In this document: piece by piece, positions 10,071 to 19,545 of the stretch
How the letters are laid out: each line of letters starts with the position of its first letter
Position numbering within the stretch: position 1 is the stretch's first letter
NCBI GenBank assembly: GCA_903825245.1
Contig: CAIJZX010000015.1
Location: forward strand, 28,564 to 92,563
Direction of reading: 5' to 3'
Length of the DNA stretch: 64,000 bases
From: Candidatus Kerfeldbacteria bacterium
GTDB lineage: Bacteria > Patescibacteriota > Patescibacteriia > SBBC01 > CAIJZX01
Notes under the pieces: model-generated
The model's database searches: none
Told to the model about the DNA's origin: nothing
Seen by the model: the letters and a program-made list of their open reading frames with translations, nothing else
Program-made: the position numbers and the translations under genes

Positions 10071-11717
10071 ATGACCAACAAGGTAACGAGCGCCCTGCAG
10101 AAAGACGGTCTCCTGACTCGTCAGCAGGTGCAACAACTCCAGCAATTCAGCGGCGGCAACGTCATCGATTTTTTCCGTACTGAGAAAATTCCGTTAGAAC
10201 AATCGATTGACCAATACCTCCGCGAACGGCATTCATTGCCGGTGGTTTGTCTCGATCAAGTTGTACTCGATCCGGACGTGGTGAAAAAGTTGCCGCAGGC
10301 GTTGTGTCTCGAGCACCTGGTCGTACCGTTCCATAGTGAAGGCCAGACATTGTACGTTGCCATGGCTGAACCGGAAAATACGGACATTAAGCATTTTATT
10401 CAAACCTACACCGGCATGACAATTGTGCCGTATCTTTCCGATGTCCAAGGCATCCGGCAGGTGATTCGTACGACGTTTGATACTACCGCTGATGATGACC
10501 GTCGACAGATTGATGAACTCGTAACACGCGCCACGTCGCTAGGCACAGATCCGGAAGCGATGGCGAAAGAAGCGCCGATCATCCAACTCCTTGATCATTT
10601 CTTGGCACATGCCATGCGTCTCGGCGCAAGTGATTTACACTTAGAACCGACTGATGCGACGGCAATGATTCGCTTGCGTATTGACGGTTTATTGCACGAC
10701 ACTTTTACCTTGCCGTTGAGTTTACACGCCCCGCTCGTCGCCCGCATAAAAATTCTGGCTTCAATGCGCATCGATGAGCACTTACGTCCCCAAGACGCGC
10801 GATTTGTATTCACCCACACCGATCGTAGCATCGCCGTTCGTGTTTCCATTGTTCCGGCGTTACATGGACAAAAAGTTGTTTTACGTTTCTTAAGCACGGA
10901 TATTGAAAACTTTTCCGTCGAGCGTTTAGGTATGGCGTCGGCGGCACAAAATGCCGTGAAAAAAATGATTACCGCACCCCACGGATTGTTATTGGTGACC
11001 GGGCCGACCGGTTCGGGCAAAACGACGACGCTGTACAGTATGATGAATGAATTGCGTCAACGTAAAGTCAATATTTCCACGATCGAAGATCCGATTGAAT
11101 ACAAGATTCCCGGTGTGACCCAGGTGCAGGTGAATCCGCAGGTCGGATTAACATTTGCCACCGGTTTGCGTTCCTTGCTCCGCCAAGATCCGGACATTAT
11201 TCTCGTTGGAGAAATTCGTGATCGTGAAACAGCCGAGATTGCTATTCACGCCGCACTAACTGGGCACTTAGTTTTATCTTCATTGCATACAAATTCTGCC
11301 GCGGCCGCCGTCACCCGGCTTCTTGATATTGGTATTGAGCCGTACTTAATTGCCTCAACGGTCTGCGGTGTTATTGGTCAACGATTAGTACGTGAAATTT
11401 GCCCGAAGTGCAAACAGGTAATTCCGACAACCGCTTGGCCGGAACAATTGCAATCCGCTGAACCGGCACCGACGACCCACGCCGTCGGTCAAGGCTGTAC
11501 TACCTGTTTACAAACCGGCTATCGCGGACGAGCTGGACTCTTCGAAGTGATGCCAATGACCGAGCAGATTCAACAACTGGTCATGCAACGCGCGACGGCG
11601 ACCGCTATTGAAAACGCGGCTGTGGTCAACGGTATGCGCACGCTCCGTGATGATGCGCGCTTGAAAGTGCAACAAGGATTAACCACGCCGCAAGAAGTTA
11701 TTCGCGTTCTGCTATAA
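10071..11717 (+). CDS. pilB: type IV pilus assembly ATPase PilB (GspE family)
   Basis: Walker A GPTGSGKTTTLY, Asp/His boxes, and a C-terminal tetracysteine (CPKC...CTTC). Confidence 0.92.
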   Translation: MTNKVTSALQKDGLLTRQQVQQLQQFSGGNVIDFFRTEKIPLEQSIDQYLRERHSLPVVCLDQVVLDPDVVKKLPQALCLEHLVVPFHSEGQTLYVAMAEPENTDIKHFIQTYTGMTIVPYLSDVQGIRQVIRTTFDTTADDDRRQIDELVTRATSLGTDPEAMAKEAPIIQLLDHFLAHAMRLGASDLHLEPTDATAMIRLRIDGLLHDTFTLPLSLHAPLVARIKILASMRIDEHLRPQDARFVFTHTDRSIAVRVSIVPALHGQKVVLRFLSTDIENFSVERLGMASAAQNAVKKMITAPHGLLLVTGPTGSGKTTTLYSMMNELRQRKVNISTIEDPIEYKIPGVTQVQVNPQVGLTFATGLRSLLRQDPDIILVGEIRDRETAEIAIHAALTGHLVLSSLHTNSAAAAVTRLLDIGIEPYLIASTVCGVIGQRLVREICPKCKQVIPTTAWPEQLQSAEPAPTTHAVGQGCTTCLQTGYRGRAGLFEVMPMTEQIQQLVMQRATATAIENAAVVNGMRTLRDDARLKVQQGLTTPQEVIRVLL

Positions 11718-11721
11718 ATTT

Positions 11722-12933
11722 ATGACACACTACGACTATACCGCTCTCCAATTTGATAACACGATTCTTCGTGGCCAGGTAGCGGCCTGGACGAAACGCG
11801 GAGCAACTTCGGCCTTACGCAAGCAGCATTTGACTGTGGTGACCGTGCGTCCGACGCCAACGACATCAAAATGGCGAAAATATTTACCGACGCACGTCTC
11901 GAGTTTCGATCGCATTGTTTTTACTCGCAACCTGTTGACCATGTTGAAGGCGGGGATGACGATCAGCGAAGCCTTGGCCTCGACGCGCGAACAAATGAGC
12001 AATATCGGATTTCAGAAGATTATTAGTTCGATCGAGCAATCAATTCAGGCCGGGCAACCGATGTCAGCGGGATTGAAGCGCGCGCCAGGGGTGTTCAACG
12101 CCGAGTATGTGGCGATTATCACGATCGGTGAACGCAGCGGAAAACTGGTAGATGTCCTAGCGTATCTATCAAAAAAATTAGAAGATGAGCATCGTTTACT
12201 CCGACGCATTCGTCAGGCTTTAACCTATCCGGCGATCATCCTTGTCACCATGTTGATTATTGTCTCGATTATGGTGCTGTTCGTGATTCCACGCATCTCC
12301 ACGATCTACGTTGATGCCGGGGTGAAATTGCCGTTGATGACCCGCATCTTGTTGGCGATTAGCACATTCCTGTCGCACTACTTTCTGCCGATCTTCTTTG
12401 TTCTACTTGGCTTAGTTCTCATCTTCGACCTCGTTATGCAACGGTCGCCGAAAGTGCGAAAAATTATCCATCGCCAACTACTCAATATTCCGGTGTTCGG
12501 TCTGATGTTAAAGAAACTCAACATCGCGATGGTCAGTCGATCGCTATCGATGTTGCTCCAATCCGGTGTGCCGATCGACCGCTCGTTGCTCTTAGCGGCC
12601 GATACTGCGCAAAACGCATCGTATCGTGACGCTTTGCAGTGGGCTGAACCGCTCGTCTCGCGCGGCGTTCACCTAACTGACGTTTTTCGCGGTCGACAAG
12701 ATTTATTCTTACCGGTTTTCCAACGCATGGTTACGACCGGTGAAAAGTCGGGTAATCTCGACACAATGTTTGCCAATGTTGCTGGTTACTACGATGAAGA
12801 CTTGGAATACTGGGCGGCCAACATTTCTTCCACCATTGAACCAATTATGATTGTCAGCGTCGCGGTCGTGGTTGGATGTATCGCGGTGGCTATTCTTTTC
12901 CCACTATGGAACCTCGTCAACGTCATCAACTAA
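11722..12933 (+). CDS. pilC: type IV pilus platform protein PilC (GspF family)
   Basis: 403-aa polytopic protein with two GspF repeats, immediately after pilB. Confidence 0.9.
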   Translation: MTHYDYTALQFDNTILRGQVAAWTKRGATSALRKQHLTVVTVRPTPTTSKWRKYLPTHVSSFDRIVFTRNLLTMLKAGMTISEALASTREQMSNIGFQKIISSIEQSIQAGQPMSAGLKRAPGVFNAEYVAIITIGERSGKLVDVLAYLSKKLEDEHRLLRRIRQALTYPAIILVTMLIIVSIMVLFVIPRISTIYVDAGVKLPLMTRILLAISTFLSHYFLPIFFVLLGLVLIFDLVMQRSPKVRKIIHRQLLNIPVFGLMLKKLNIAMVSRSLSMLLQSGVPIDRSLLLAADTAQNASYRDALQWAEPLVSRGVHLTDVFRGRQDLFLPVFQRMVTTGEKSGNLDTMFANVAGYYDEDLEYWAANISSTIEPIMIVSVAVVVGCIAVAILFPLWNLVNVIN

Positions 12934-13355
12934 CGGTGTTACGGCCAGCCTTTACCATGATTGAGGTCTTGGTGGTTTTGGCGATTCTCGGCATTATTCT
13001 GGCTTTCGGTGCGCCAGGGTACGCACAGCAACAGCAACGCGCGACGATTACGAAAGAAACCGATCGGCTTGTTTCATTGCTCCGTGAAGCGCAATCACGA
13101 TCATTGAATGCCGAAGACGGCCTGGCCTGGCAATTAGTGTGCACTGGTTCGACGGTGACATTGAAAACCGTTGAAGATTCGTATGCGACAGCATATGACT
13201 TTCCGAAAGTGCAGTGCGCTTCGGGTACAGTGCAATTCCAAAAATTGACCGGTCTAGCTTCGGGAGCAAATGCACTAACACTACAAGTGCATGGGCAAGC
13301 AGTAAAACGTGTGATTATTTCCGCTACCGGCACCATGACTACTGAAACATTATGA
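12906..13355 (+). CDS. type IV pilin-like protein (prepilin N-terminal domain)
   Basis: Leader followed by AFTMIEVLVVLAILGII, a class III signal peptide with Glu+5. A replaces the canonical G at -1. Confidence 0.75.
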   Translation: MEPRQRHQLTVLRPAFTMIEVLVVLAILGIILAFGAPGYAQQQQRATITKETDRLVSLLREAQSRSLNAEDGLAWQLVCTGSTVTLKTVEDSYATAYDFPKVQCASGTVQFQKLTGLASGANALTLQVHGQAVKRVIISATGTMTTETL

Positions 13356-13819
13356 TTCGCCGCGGCAGTCTTATCATTGAAGTCCTCCTCAGCGCTGGTT
13401 TGATTGCTGTGTTCGCTTTATTTTTAAGCGGCTTGCTTGTTGTTACCAGCAAGACGAATCGCTTAGCCAAAGAAGAGTCGCAAGCCGCGGCGTACGCCCA
13501 GCAGAACATGGAACAGCTGGTAGCCATCAAAAATACGAAATGGAGCGATCTCAGCACTGGAACGTTTTATATTTCGAAATCAGGACCAACATCATACGGA
13601 TTAAATGCTACACCGACCGGCGATACTCTGGATGGACTGTACCATCGGTTGATCACTATCACCGAAGTCCGTCGTGACGCGTCACAAAATATTGTTACCA
13701 CGGGCGGAACGGTTAATGGAAAGTCTTTGCAAGCAAACGTAACCGTTTCGTGGTCTGATAATGGTAATCACCAAGTGATGTTAGTTAATTATTTTACGAA
13801 CTGGAAGGATTTACCGTAA
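13352..13819 (+). CDS. minor pilin / pseudopilin
   Basis: N-terminus MIRRGSLIIEVLLSAGLIAVF is prepilin-like. Confidence 0.65.
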   Translation: MIRRGSLIIEVLLSAGLIAVFALFLSGLLVVTSKTNRLAKEESQAAAYAQQNMEQLVAIKNTKWSDLSTGTFYISKSGPTSYGLNATPTGDTLDGLYHRLITITEVRRDASQNIVTTGGTVNGKSLQANVTVSWSDNGNHQVMLVNYFTNWKDLP

Positions 13820-13820
13820 T

Positions 13821-14375
13821 ATGAAACGTCCTGGATACACCCAGCACCACTTTTTCCAATCACTTCGACGTTTGTATTCGCAGCACCGCCAGCAAAAAGG
13901 TGGTGCTGGGTATACTCTTGTCGAACTCCTCGTCTATCTTGGACTCAGTAGTCTGGTGCTGTTACTGATGACCGGATTTCTGGCGCGCGTTATGGGCAAT
14001 AAAGCGATTGCTGCCACGCAAACGCAATTACAAGAGAACGAACGGACGGTCTTCGATGCGATGACCGTAGCGATACGTAACTCGTATGAAGTCACCGTCG
14101 AGAATAGCGGTACGAAAGTGATCGTTAAGTCGCATCCGGAAGATTCTGGCTTAACCACATATACCGTCTTTCAGGTGGATGCACACCAGCGGCTGAGTAT
14201 GGGTCAAAATGAGGATTTTATGCTCGTTGACCCCCAACCAATTACCGATGACGGTATTATCGTCAAGGCGTTTTCTGCCACGGTGATTTCTTCGTCACTT
14301 GAGGTGACACTGGTGATACAAAAGGGCACTCAAACGAACGCCTTTACTTCGACAATCGCTTTTCGCCAACAGTAA
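13821..14375 (+). CDS. minor pilin / pseudopilin
   Basis: GYTLVELLVYLGLSSLVLLL prepilin-type N-terminal helix follows a basic leader. Confidence 0.65.
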   Translation: MKRPGYTQHHFFQSLRRLYSQHRQQKGGAGYTLVELLVYLGLSSLVLLLMTGFLARVMGNKAIAATQTQLQENERTVFDAMTVAIRNSYEVTVENSGTKVIVKSHPEDSGLTTYTVFQVDAHQRLSMGQNEDFMLVDPQPITDDGIIVKAFSATVISSSLEVTLVIQKGTQTNAFTSTIAFRQQ

Positions 14376-14378
14376 TAT

Positions 14379-15452
14379 ATGCCTCAACGTCCCGGAGCAA
14401 TTACCCTCATCGCCACTTTTTTCACCGCCATGGTTGCGTTGATGCTGTTGTTGACCGTCAACATCCATGCGGTTGATGAAAAACAGCGGACGCACGATAA
14501 TACTATCTCCGAGCAGGCGTTTTATGCGGCGCAATCATGTACTGATGAAGCATATTTGCATCTTCGCACCGATGTGTCATTTCGCGACGTTGCTACGCTC
14601 AACATTGGCTCAGGAACGTGTACAGCACATATAACGCCATCAGGTCCTGACAGCGGCCAAATAGTTAGTACCGGTCGAAGCGGTAGTGCTATACGAACCA
14701 TCCAGTCCTCGTATTCGGGAGCTGGGGCGACGGTGGCTCAGAATAATACGCAGATTTATCACGTTATTGATCGCTCAGGCAGTATGGATGATCAAGTATG
14801 TACCGTTCCGACGTACACGTCACAATATGATTGTGAAGCCGTACATCATATGCAATGGGTAACGAAGGCTAGCGCGGCAAAAGACGCCGCCAAGTATTTC
14901 AATACCACAGTTCTTGTTCCTGGAAATACTCATGATTCAATTGGTTTAATTTCTTATGCTAGCGAGGCTACATGGGATAGTGCCTTGCAGACAGATGCAA
15001 GTGTGATTAACAATGATATTGATAACATGCCCAGTCCATTGAATAGCACTAATTTTGATGATGCTATTGCTCTAGCTGTTCAGCATTTACCGGTTACACC
15101 GACACCTGTCACTCGAGCTATGATTTTACTGACTGACGGACAACCCACAACCTATCATACCGGACGAAGTTGTGTAGTTAACGGTCTCACGATGAGCAAT
15201 GATGACTGTTCAAAGTACTGGGGTCAGCAAGAAGCTCAGGCTGCCAAGGATGCTGGCATTCTTGTCTTTACGATTGGTTTCGGTAATATCACAGAAATTG
15301 ATATTCCATACATGGAGTCAATTTCTAGTGTGATTAATGGGCACACGCTTTTCTTTGCCCCGACTTCAACTGGACTAAACGACGTGTATAAAAAAATCTC
15401 TGATATTCTCATTCAGTATAACCTTCAACAGGGTAGCTGGAACGAGCAGTAA
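14379..15452 (+). CDS. pilus-associated von Willebrand factor A (vWA) domain protein (PilY1/tip-adhesin-like)
   Basis: N-terminal pilin-like TM helix, MIDAS motif DRSGSMDD, and LLTDGQPT. Confidence 0.7.
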   Translation: MPQRPGAITLIATFFTAMVALMLLLTVNIHAVDEKQRTHDNTISEQAFYAAQSCTDEAYLHLRTDVSFRDVATLNIGSGTCTAHITPSGPDSGQIVSTGRSGSAIRTIQSSYSGAGATVAQNNTQIYHVIDRSGSMDDQVCTVPTYTSQYDCEAVHHMQWVTKASAAKDAAKYFNTTVLVPGNTHDSIGLISYASEATWDSALQTDASVINNDIDNMPSPLNSTNFDDAIALAVQHLPVTPTPVTRAMILLTDGQPTTYHTGRSCVVNGLTMSNDDCSKYWGQQEAQAAKDAGILVFTIGFGNITEIDIPYMESISSVINGHTLFFAPTSTGLNDVYKKISDILIQYNLQQGSWNEQ

Positions 15453-15462
15453 ATAAATATCA

Positions 15463-15499
15463 GCCCCCACACCAATATGTTGGTGTGGGGTTTTTTATT
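15463..15499 (+). terminator. rho-independent terminator of the pilus operon
   Basis: CCCCCACACCAA-TATG-TTGGTGTGGGG followed by TTTTTTATT. Confidence 0.85.
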
Positions 15500-15787
15500 G
15501 CCAAAAAAACAGCTTCGCGGTACTCTCTCAATGTCCTTTCCAGCCATCATCGTTGTTCTATACATTGTCCTTGGGCGGCTGAATCGCCGCGTCCCTTGGG
15601 ATGTGGCTCTGGCTGACCCAGCGGTCAACACACTGCTTCAGGACGCTCAAGTGCTCCTTCGCGAAGTACTGGAGTAGTTCGGCAGCAGACCTCGCGCCAT
15701 GTATGGCGCGGGGAATCAAGCCCGCTTACCTTCGTAAAGGACGCGATGGTGGCTACTAGGGAGGACATGAAAAGACGCAAAAAAGCG

Positions 15788-15863
15788 TTGGTCGGGGTAG
15801 CGGGACTCGAACCCACGGCCTCATGCACCCCATGCATGCGCGCTACCAACTGCGCCATACCCC
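15788..15863 (-). tRNA. tRNA-Pro (anticodon GGG)
   Basis: Manual cloverleaf fold: acceptor CGGGGTA/TACCCCG, D arm GCGC-AGTTGGTA-GCGC, anticodon stem CATGC/GCATG with loop ATGGGGT, T arm GTGGG-TTCGAGT-CCCGC. CCA is encoded. Confidence 0.8.
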
Positions 15864-16024
15864 GATGTAGGTCTATACTACGTCAGGTCAAGAAAAAATA
15901 CAAACACAAATATTTACCCGATCTTTTCGCTTCCGGCGGAGTTCAAAATGTCAGGAGTTTTCTGATGCAAGTTTTAACCTTTCCATTAAGAGGTACATAA
16001 TACGTAATAACTAATACGAATACT

Positions 16025-16789
16025 ATGTTTACACGGGATGGGCAACAAGAAGAGTATATAAAAGAAAATTATCTACAAGTTACCGATTCGCGCCTGGACG
16101 ACGATCACTGGGACTTGCTCTGTGACCATTGCAAAGTTGTACGCGGTTTTCAGGTTGTAAAACGTACATTTACAGATAGAGCAGGGCATTATAATGCACA
16201 AATTGATACCAAAGCTCCTGAAACAATATACTTCCATTGCCCAGTATGTCATTCATATAAACTTTGGATAATGTTCCGCCTCTATGACCGGGAATCGGAA
16301 TCTTGGCGATACTACAAGGTTACCGCAGTTCCAAATGATGGTTTAGAGGAGATTGCCGAGTTACCAGAAAATCCATCAACTTTGCGTGCGGCCTATAAAG
16401 AAGCGATGCGAGCGATGGACGCAAATGCGCATATGGCTGCCGCAGCTATGTTTAGAAGGGCGCTACAAGTAATAACGCGCGATATTTTGAAAGCAAAACC
16501 TGGTAACCTCGGTGTAGAGCTTCAAGAAGTTGTTGGTAAAACTTATAATGGTGGAGTTATAGATTCAACATTTTCCGAAAACGCTTATATCGTGAAAGAA
16601 GCAGGAAATCAAGGCGCTCATCCAGATAAAGATCCGGATTTACTGGATTTTGCTGCGGAGGATGCAACAGCCTTGCAGGAAATATTTATGGAGATTGTTG
16701 CCGATCTATTTGTAGTACCAGCAGCGAAGCAAAAAGCCAAGGATGACTTCAAGGCACGAAGAAAAATCGAAGTACCTGAAGAAAAGTAA
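16025..16789 (+). CDS. zinc-ribbon + DUF4145 (HEPN-like) domain protein
   Basis: Cys pairs CDHC...CPVC at the N-terminus. The C-terminal region (AYKEAMRAMDANAHMAAAAMFRRALQVI...KEAGNQGAHPD) matches the DUF4145 pattern. GC is about 41% against a window average near 50%. Confidence 0.6.
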   Translation: MFTRDGQQEEYIKENYLQVTDSRLDDDHWDLLCDHCKVVRGFQVVKRTFTDRAGHYNAQIDTKAPETIYFHCPVCHSYKLWIMFRLYDRESESWRYYKVTAVPNDGLEEIAELPENPSTLRAAYKEAMRAMDANAHMAAAAMFRRALQVITRDILKAKPGNLGVELQEVVGKTYNGGVIDSTFSENAYIVKEAGNQGAHPDKDPDLLDFAAEDATALQEIFMEIVADLFVVPAAKQKAKDDFKARRKIEVPEEK

Positions 16790-16841
16790 TAGGGTCGAAA
16801 TTCGCATAACGGGATTACATTTTGTGAAAAAGGAAGAAATA

Positions 16842-16870
16842 AGTATCACTCTTTACATACCTAGAGCTTC
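16842..16870 (+). promoter_or_regulatory. sigma70 promoter TTTACA-17-TATAAT upstream of padR
   Basis: Hexamers at 16842-16847 and 16865-16870 with a 17-nt spacer. Confidence 0.5.
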
Positions 16871-16900
16871 TATGTATAATGGTTGTAGGCATCAATTCCT

Positions 16901-17254
16901 ATGGAAATTAACAAGGATCTTATCGCCGCGTCCTCAACCCCAATCGTCTTAGCGACCCTCGCGAAGCGGGAGAGTTATGGCTACGCGATTTTGAAGCAGG
17001 TGCAGGATGCCTCGGGTCAGCACATCGAATGGACCGACGGCATGCTGTATCCGGTCTTGCATCGTCTCGAGCGGCTGGGCTACATCGACGGCACCTGGAA
17101 AGACGCGGACAGCGGACGGAAGCGGAAGTACTATCGGATCACGTCTCGGGGGCGAAAACAGTTGGCCGACGAGCTCAAACAATGGCGCGCGGTAGACGCG
17201 ACGATTCGCGGTATCCTACCGGCCATGACCATGCAACTTTCTCACCGCCTATGA
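16901..17254 (+). CDS. PadR family transcriptional regulator
   Basis: Winged-helix PadR motifs (YGYAILKQV...MLYPVLHRLERLGYI). Confidence 0.85.
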   Translation: MEINKDLIAASSTPIVLATLAKRESYGYAILKQVQDASGQHIEWTDGMLYPVLHRLERLGYIDGTWKDADSGRKRKYYRITSRGRKQLADELKQWRAVDATIRGILPAMTMQLSHRL

Positions 17255-18603
17255 CCACACCGCACATCGAACAGCAGATCGAGCAGTGGCGCGAATACTT
17301 TCTGCGGCGTAAAGCGGTGCAATCGCAAGATGTCGCTGAACTCGAAGATCACTTGCGAGAACAAATTACCGGATTGGAGAAGAATGGCTTGTCGTCCGAT
17401 GAGGCGTTTTTGGTAGCCATCAAGCGCCTTGGGGATCTCGACAGCATTTCACGCGAGTTTGCGCGAGAGTATTCGGAACGCTTGTGGAAACAGCTTGTGG
17501 TCGCGCCGTCGGATACCGAAGCAGGGGAATCGCGAACTGAGTGGATGATGGTGTTGGGATTGGCTGTGCTCGCCGCGCTGTTGATTAAAGCTCCAACCCT
17601 GTTTGGCTTACAAATTGATCGTGATTGGGGATTCTACGTTCGTAATGTAAGTTTTTCGGTTTTACCAATCTTGGCCGGATACTTTATCTGGAAGCGAAAG
17701 TTGAGTGGGAAGTTTGTTGGGTGGGTTGCGGCGGCCTTTGTGGTTGCGGCGATCGTGATGAATGTTTTTCCATTTCATCTCAATGGCTCAACGATCGGTT
17801 TATCGGCGTTGCACTTGCCGATTGTGTTGTGGTTTGTTGTTGGTGTGGCGTATGCCGGATCGCGATGGCGTGAGGTTACCGGACGGATGGATTTCATTCG
17901 CTACACCGGTGAGTTGTTTATCTACTACGCCTTAATTGCCCTCGGCGGCGGTGTGCTGTCCGGGTTCATGCTCATGATATTTGAATCTATTGGTGTGAAC
18001 ATCAGTCCGGTAATCGGGTTATGGGTTATACCATGCGGTGCGGCCGGCGCGGTGATTATTGCCTCGTGGCTTGTCGAGGCGAAGAAGAGCGTGATCGAAA
18101 ATATGGCACCCGTTCTGACAAGATTATTCACGCCGCTGTTCGCTTTAGTATTGCTCGTGTTCTTAACGACGATGGTCTGGACGGGGAATGGCGTTAATGT
18201 GGCGCGTGATGTCCTCATCGGTTTTGATTTGCTGCTGGTTGTCGTTCTCGGATTGTTTGTGTACTCGATGTCCGCACGATCACCGCAAGCGAAGCCGGGC
18301 ATGTCTGATATTTTGCAGATTATTCTGTTGGTTAGCGCGTTGCTGGCGGACGCGGTAGCGCTGTGGGCGATCGCTTCGCGCATTTCAGAACTTGGTTGGA
18401 CGCCGAATCGAGTGGCCGCCCTTGGCGAGAATATTATTCTGCTCGTTAATCTCGCTTGGTCGAGCGTATTGTACCTGAAGTTCTTCCGCAAGCAGGGGAC
18501 GTTCGCGGAGCTTGAAAAATGGCAAACGCAGTACATAGCCGTCTACGCTACTTGGGCGATGATCGTCGTCGCACTATTCCCACTACTATTCGGATTTCGT
18601 TGA
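17251..18603 (+). CDS. PadR-associated membrane protein (DUF1700-like N-terminal domain + polytopic domain)
   Basis: ATGA overlap with the padR stop. The N-terminus HIEQQIEQWREYF...DEAFLVAIKRLGDL resembles the permease-prefix/DUF1700 family. About 10 TM helices are predicted. Confidence 0.7.
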   Translation: MTTPHIEQQIEQWREYFLRRKAVQSQDVAELEDHLREQITGLEKNGLSSDEAFLVAIKRLGDLDSISREFAREYSERLWKQLVVAPSDTEAGESRTEWMMVLGLAVLAALLIKAPTLFGLQIDRDWGFYVRNVSFSVLPILAGYFIWKRKLSGKFVGWVAAAFVVAAIVMNVFPFHLNGSTIGLSALHLPIVLWFVVGVAYAGSRWREVTGRMDFIRYTGELFIYYALIALGGGVLSGFMLMIFESIGVNISPVIGLWVIPCGAAGAVIIASWLVEAKKSVIENMAPVLTRLFTPLFALVLLVFLTTMVWTGNGVNVARDVLIGFDLLLVVVLGLFVYSMSARSPQAKPGMSDILQIILLVSALLADAVALWAIASRISELGWTPNRVAALGENIILLVNLAWSSVLYLKFFRKQGTFAELEKWQTQYIAVYATWAMIVVALFPLLFGFR

Positions 18604-18627
18604 AACGGTATCTTATTCTTCTGACCA

Positions 18628-18981
18628 ATGTCTCAGCTTACGATTGCCCACAAAACTGCCATCCGCCAAGCGCTAACAACTGCTAGTGCCGTTGTACCGT
18701 TTTTCGAAAAAGCATATCCGAAAGATAAGCGACCACGACGAGCGATCGAAGCGGGGAGAGCATGGTTGCGCGGAACTATGAGCGTTGGCGATGTTCGAAA
18801 AGCGGCGTTTGCCGCACATGCGGCGGCAAGAAAAGCGAAGAGTCCAGCGGCGCGAGCTGCGGCTCGCGCCGCTGGACAAGCCGCGTCAACCGTTCACGTC
18901 CTAGGTCATGCTCAGCATGCTCTTGATTACGTCGCAAAAGCGCGTAAATTTGTGCGTCAAAAATCAACACCGAAGAACTAA
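18628..18981 (+). CDS. hypothetical Ala-rich all-alpha protein (immunity-protein-like?)
   Basis: 117-aa ORF with a repeated AARAA/AHAAAR pattern. Confidence 0.5.
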   Translation: MSQLTIAHKTAIRQALTTASAVVPFFEKAYPKDKRPRRAIEAGRAWLRGTMSVGDVRKAAFAAHAAARKAKSPAARAAARAAGQAASTVHVLGHAQHALDYVAKARKFVRQKSTPKN

Positions 18982-19094
18982 AACCTTCAGTCCATCATCG
19001 GCTAGCCTTGTTCGAGATAAAGGCATAGGTGGTTTTAGGACTCACAATATATGTGATATGCTAATATGATATTGCGCTATTAACCATTAACCAT

Positions 19095-19433
19095 ATGGAC
19101 AATACACAGCCCCAACCGACAAGACTGACACCAGCTCCCTGGTTTAATCGTGCTTGGATCGGTACATTGATAGTATTCTTTGCTTCGTTTCTCGTTTATC
19201 TCCCGACGTTCAATTCCTATTCTTCCATCAAACGTTTCGGTATTATTGTCTTGGCTCTTGTGCCATCGCTCCTCGTGAACGGTTATCACGGTATCACGCA
19301 TAAGTATCTTCAAGGCAAAATTGTCATTCGAGGAACGATGGCGGTAGTGCTGGGCGTCTTCTATTGTCTGGCGGCGGTCGCCGTTCTTTGGATTGGGTTA
19401 CGTATGATCACGAGTTCTACAACGAGTCTGTAG
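19095..19433 (+). CDS. small membrane protein
   Basis: 112 aa with three hydrophobic helices. Confidence 0.5.
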   Translation: MDNTQPQPTRLTPAPWFNRAWIGTLIVFFASFLVYLPTFNSYSSIKRFGIIVLALVPSLLVNGYHGITHKYLQGKIVIRGTMAVVLGVFYCLAAVAVLWIGLRMITSSTTSL

Positions 19434-19545
19434 ATGTGTGAACGGCGGGTAATAACAACGCGCCAAAATTACGAAGACAGCAATCCTTCAGCCCATCCTC
19501 AGCCAGTCTTGCGATAATGGCTATCTTACTGTACTCTGACTGCCC

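Noticed and set aside
10595-11020. 141-aa minus-strand ORF inside pilB, and similar antisense ORFs in sufB, hisS, nrdJ, ftsZ
   Set aside because: They are antisense to well-supported conserved genes and have no independent motif support.
15625-15858. 77-aa minus-strand ORF (MAQLVARMHGVHEAVGSSPATP...)
   Set aside because: It is the translation of the tRNA-Pro gene and flanks. The cloverleaf structure explains the region.
17029-17250. N-terminal 74-aa extension of the membrane protein ORF overlapping padR in another frame
   Set aside because: ATG 17251 forms an ATGA overlap with the padR stop and begins the conserved DUF1700-like domain. The upstream extension is Arg/Gly-rich overlap artefact.
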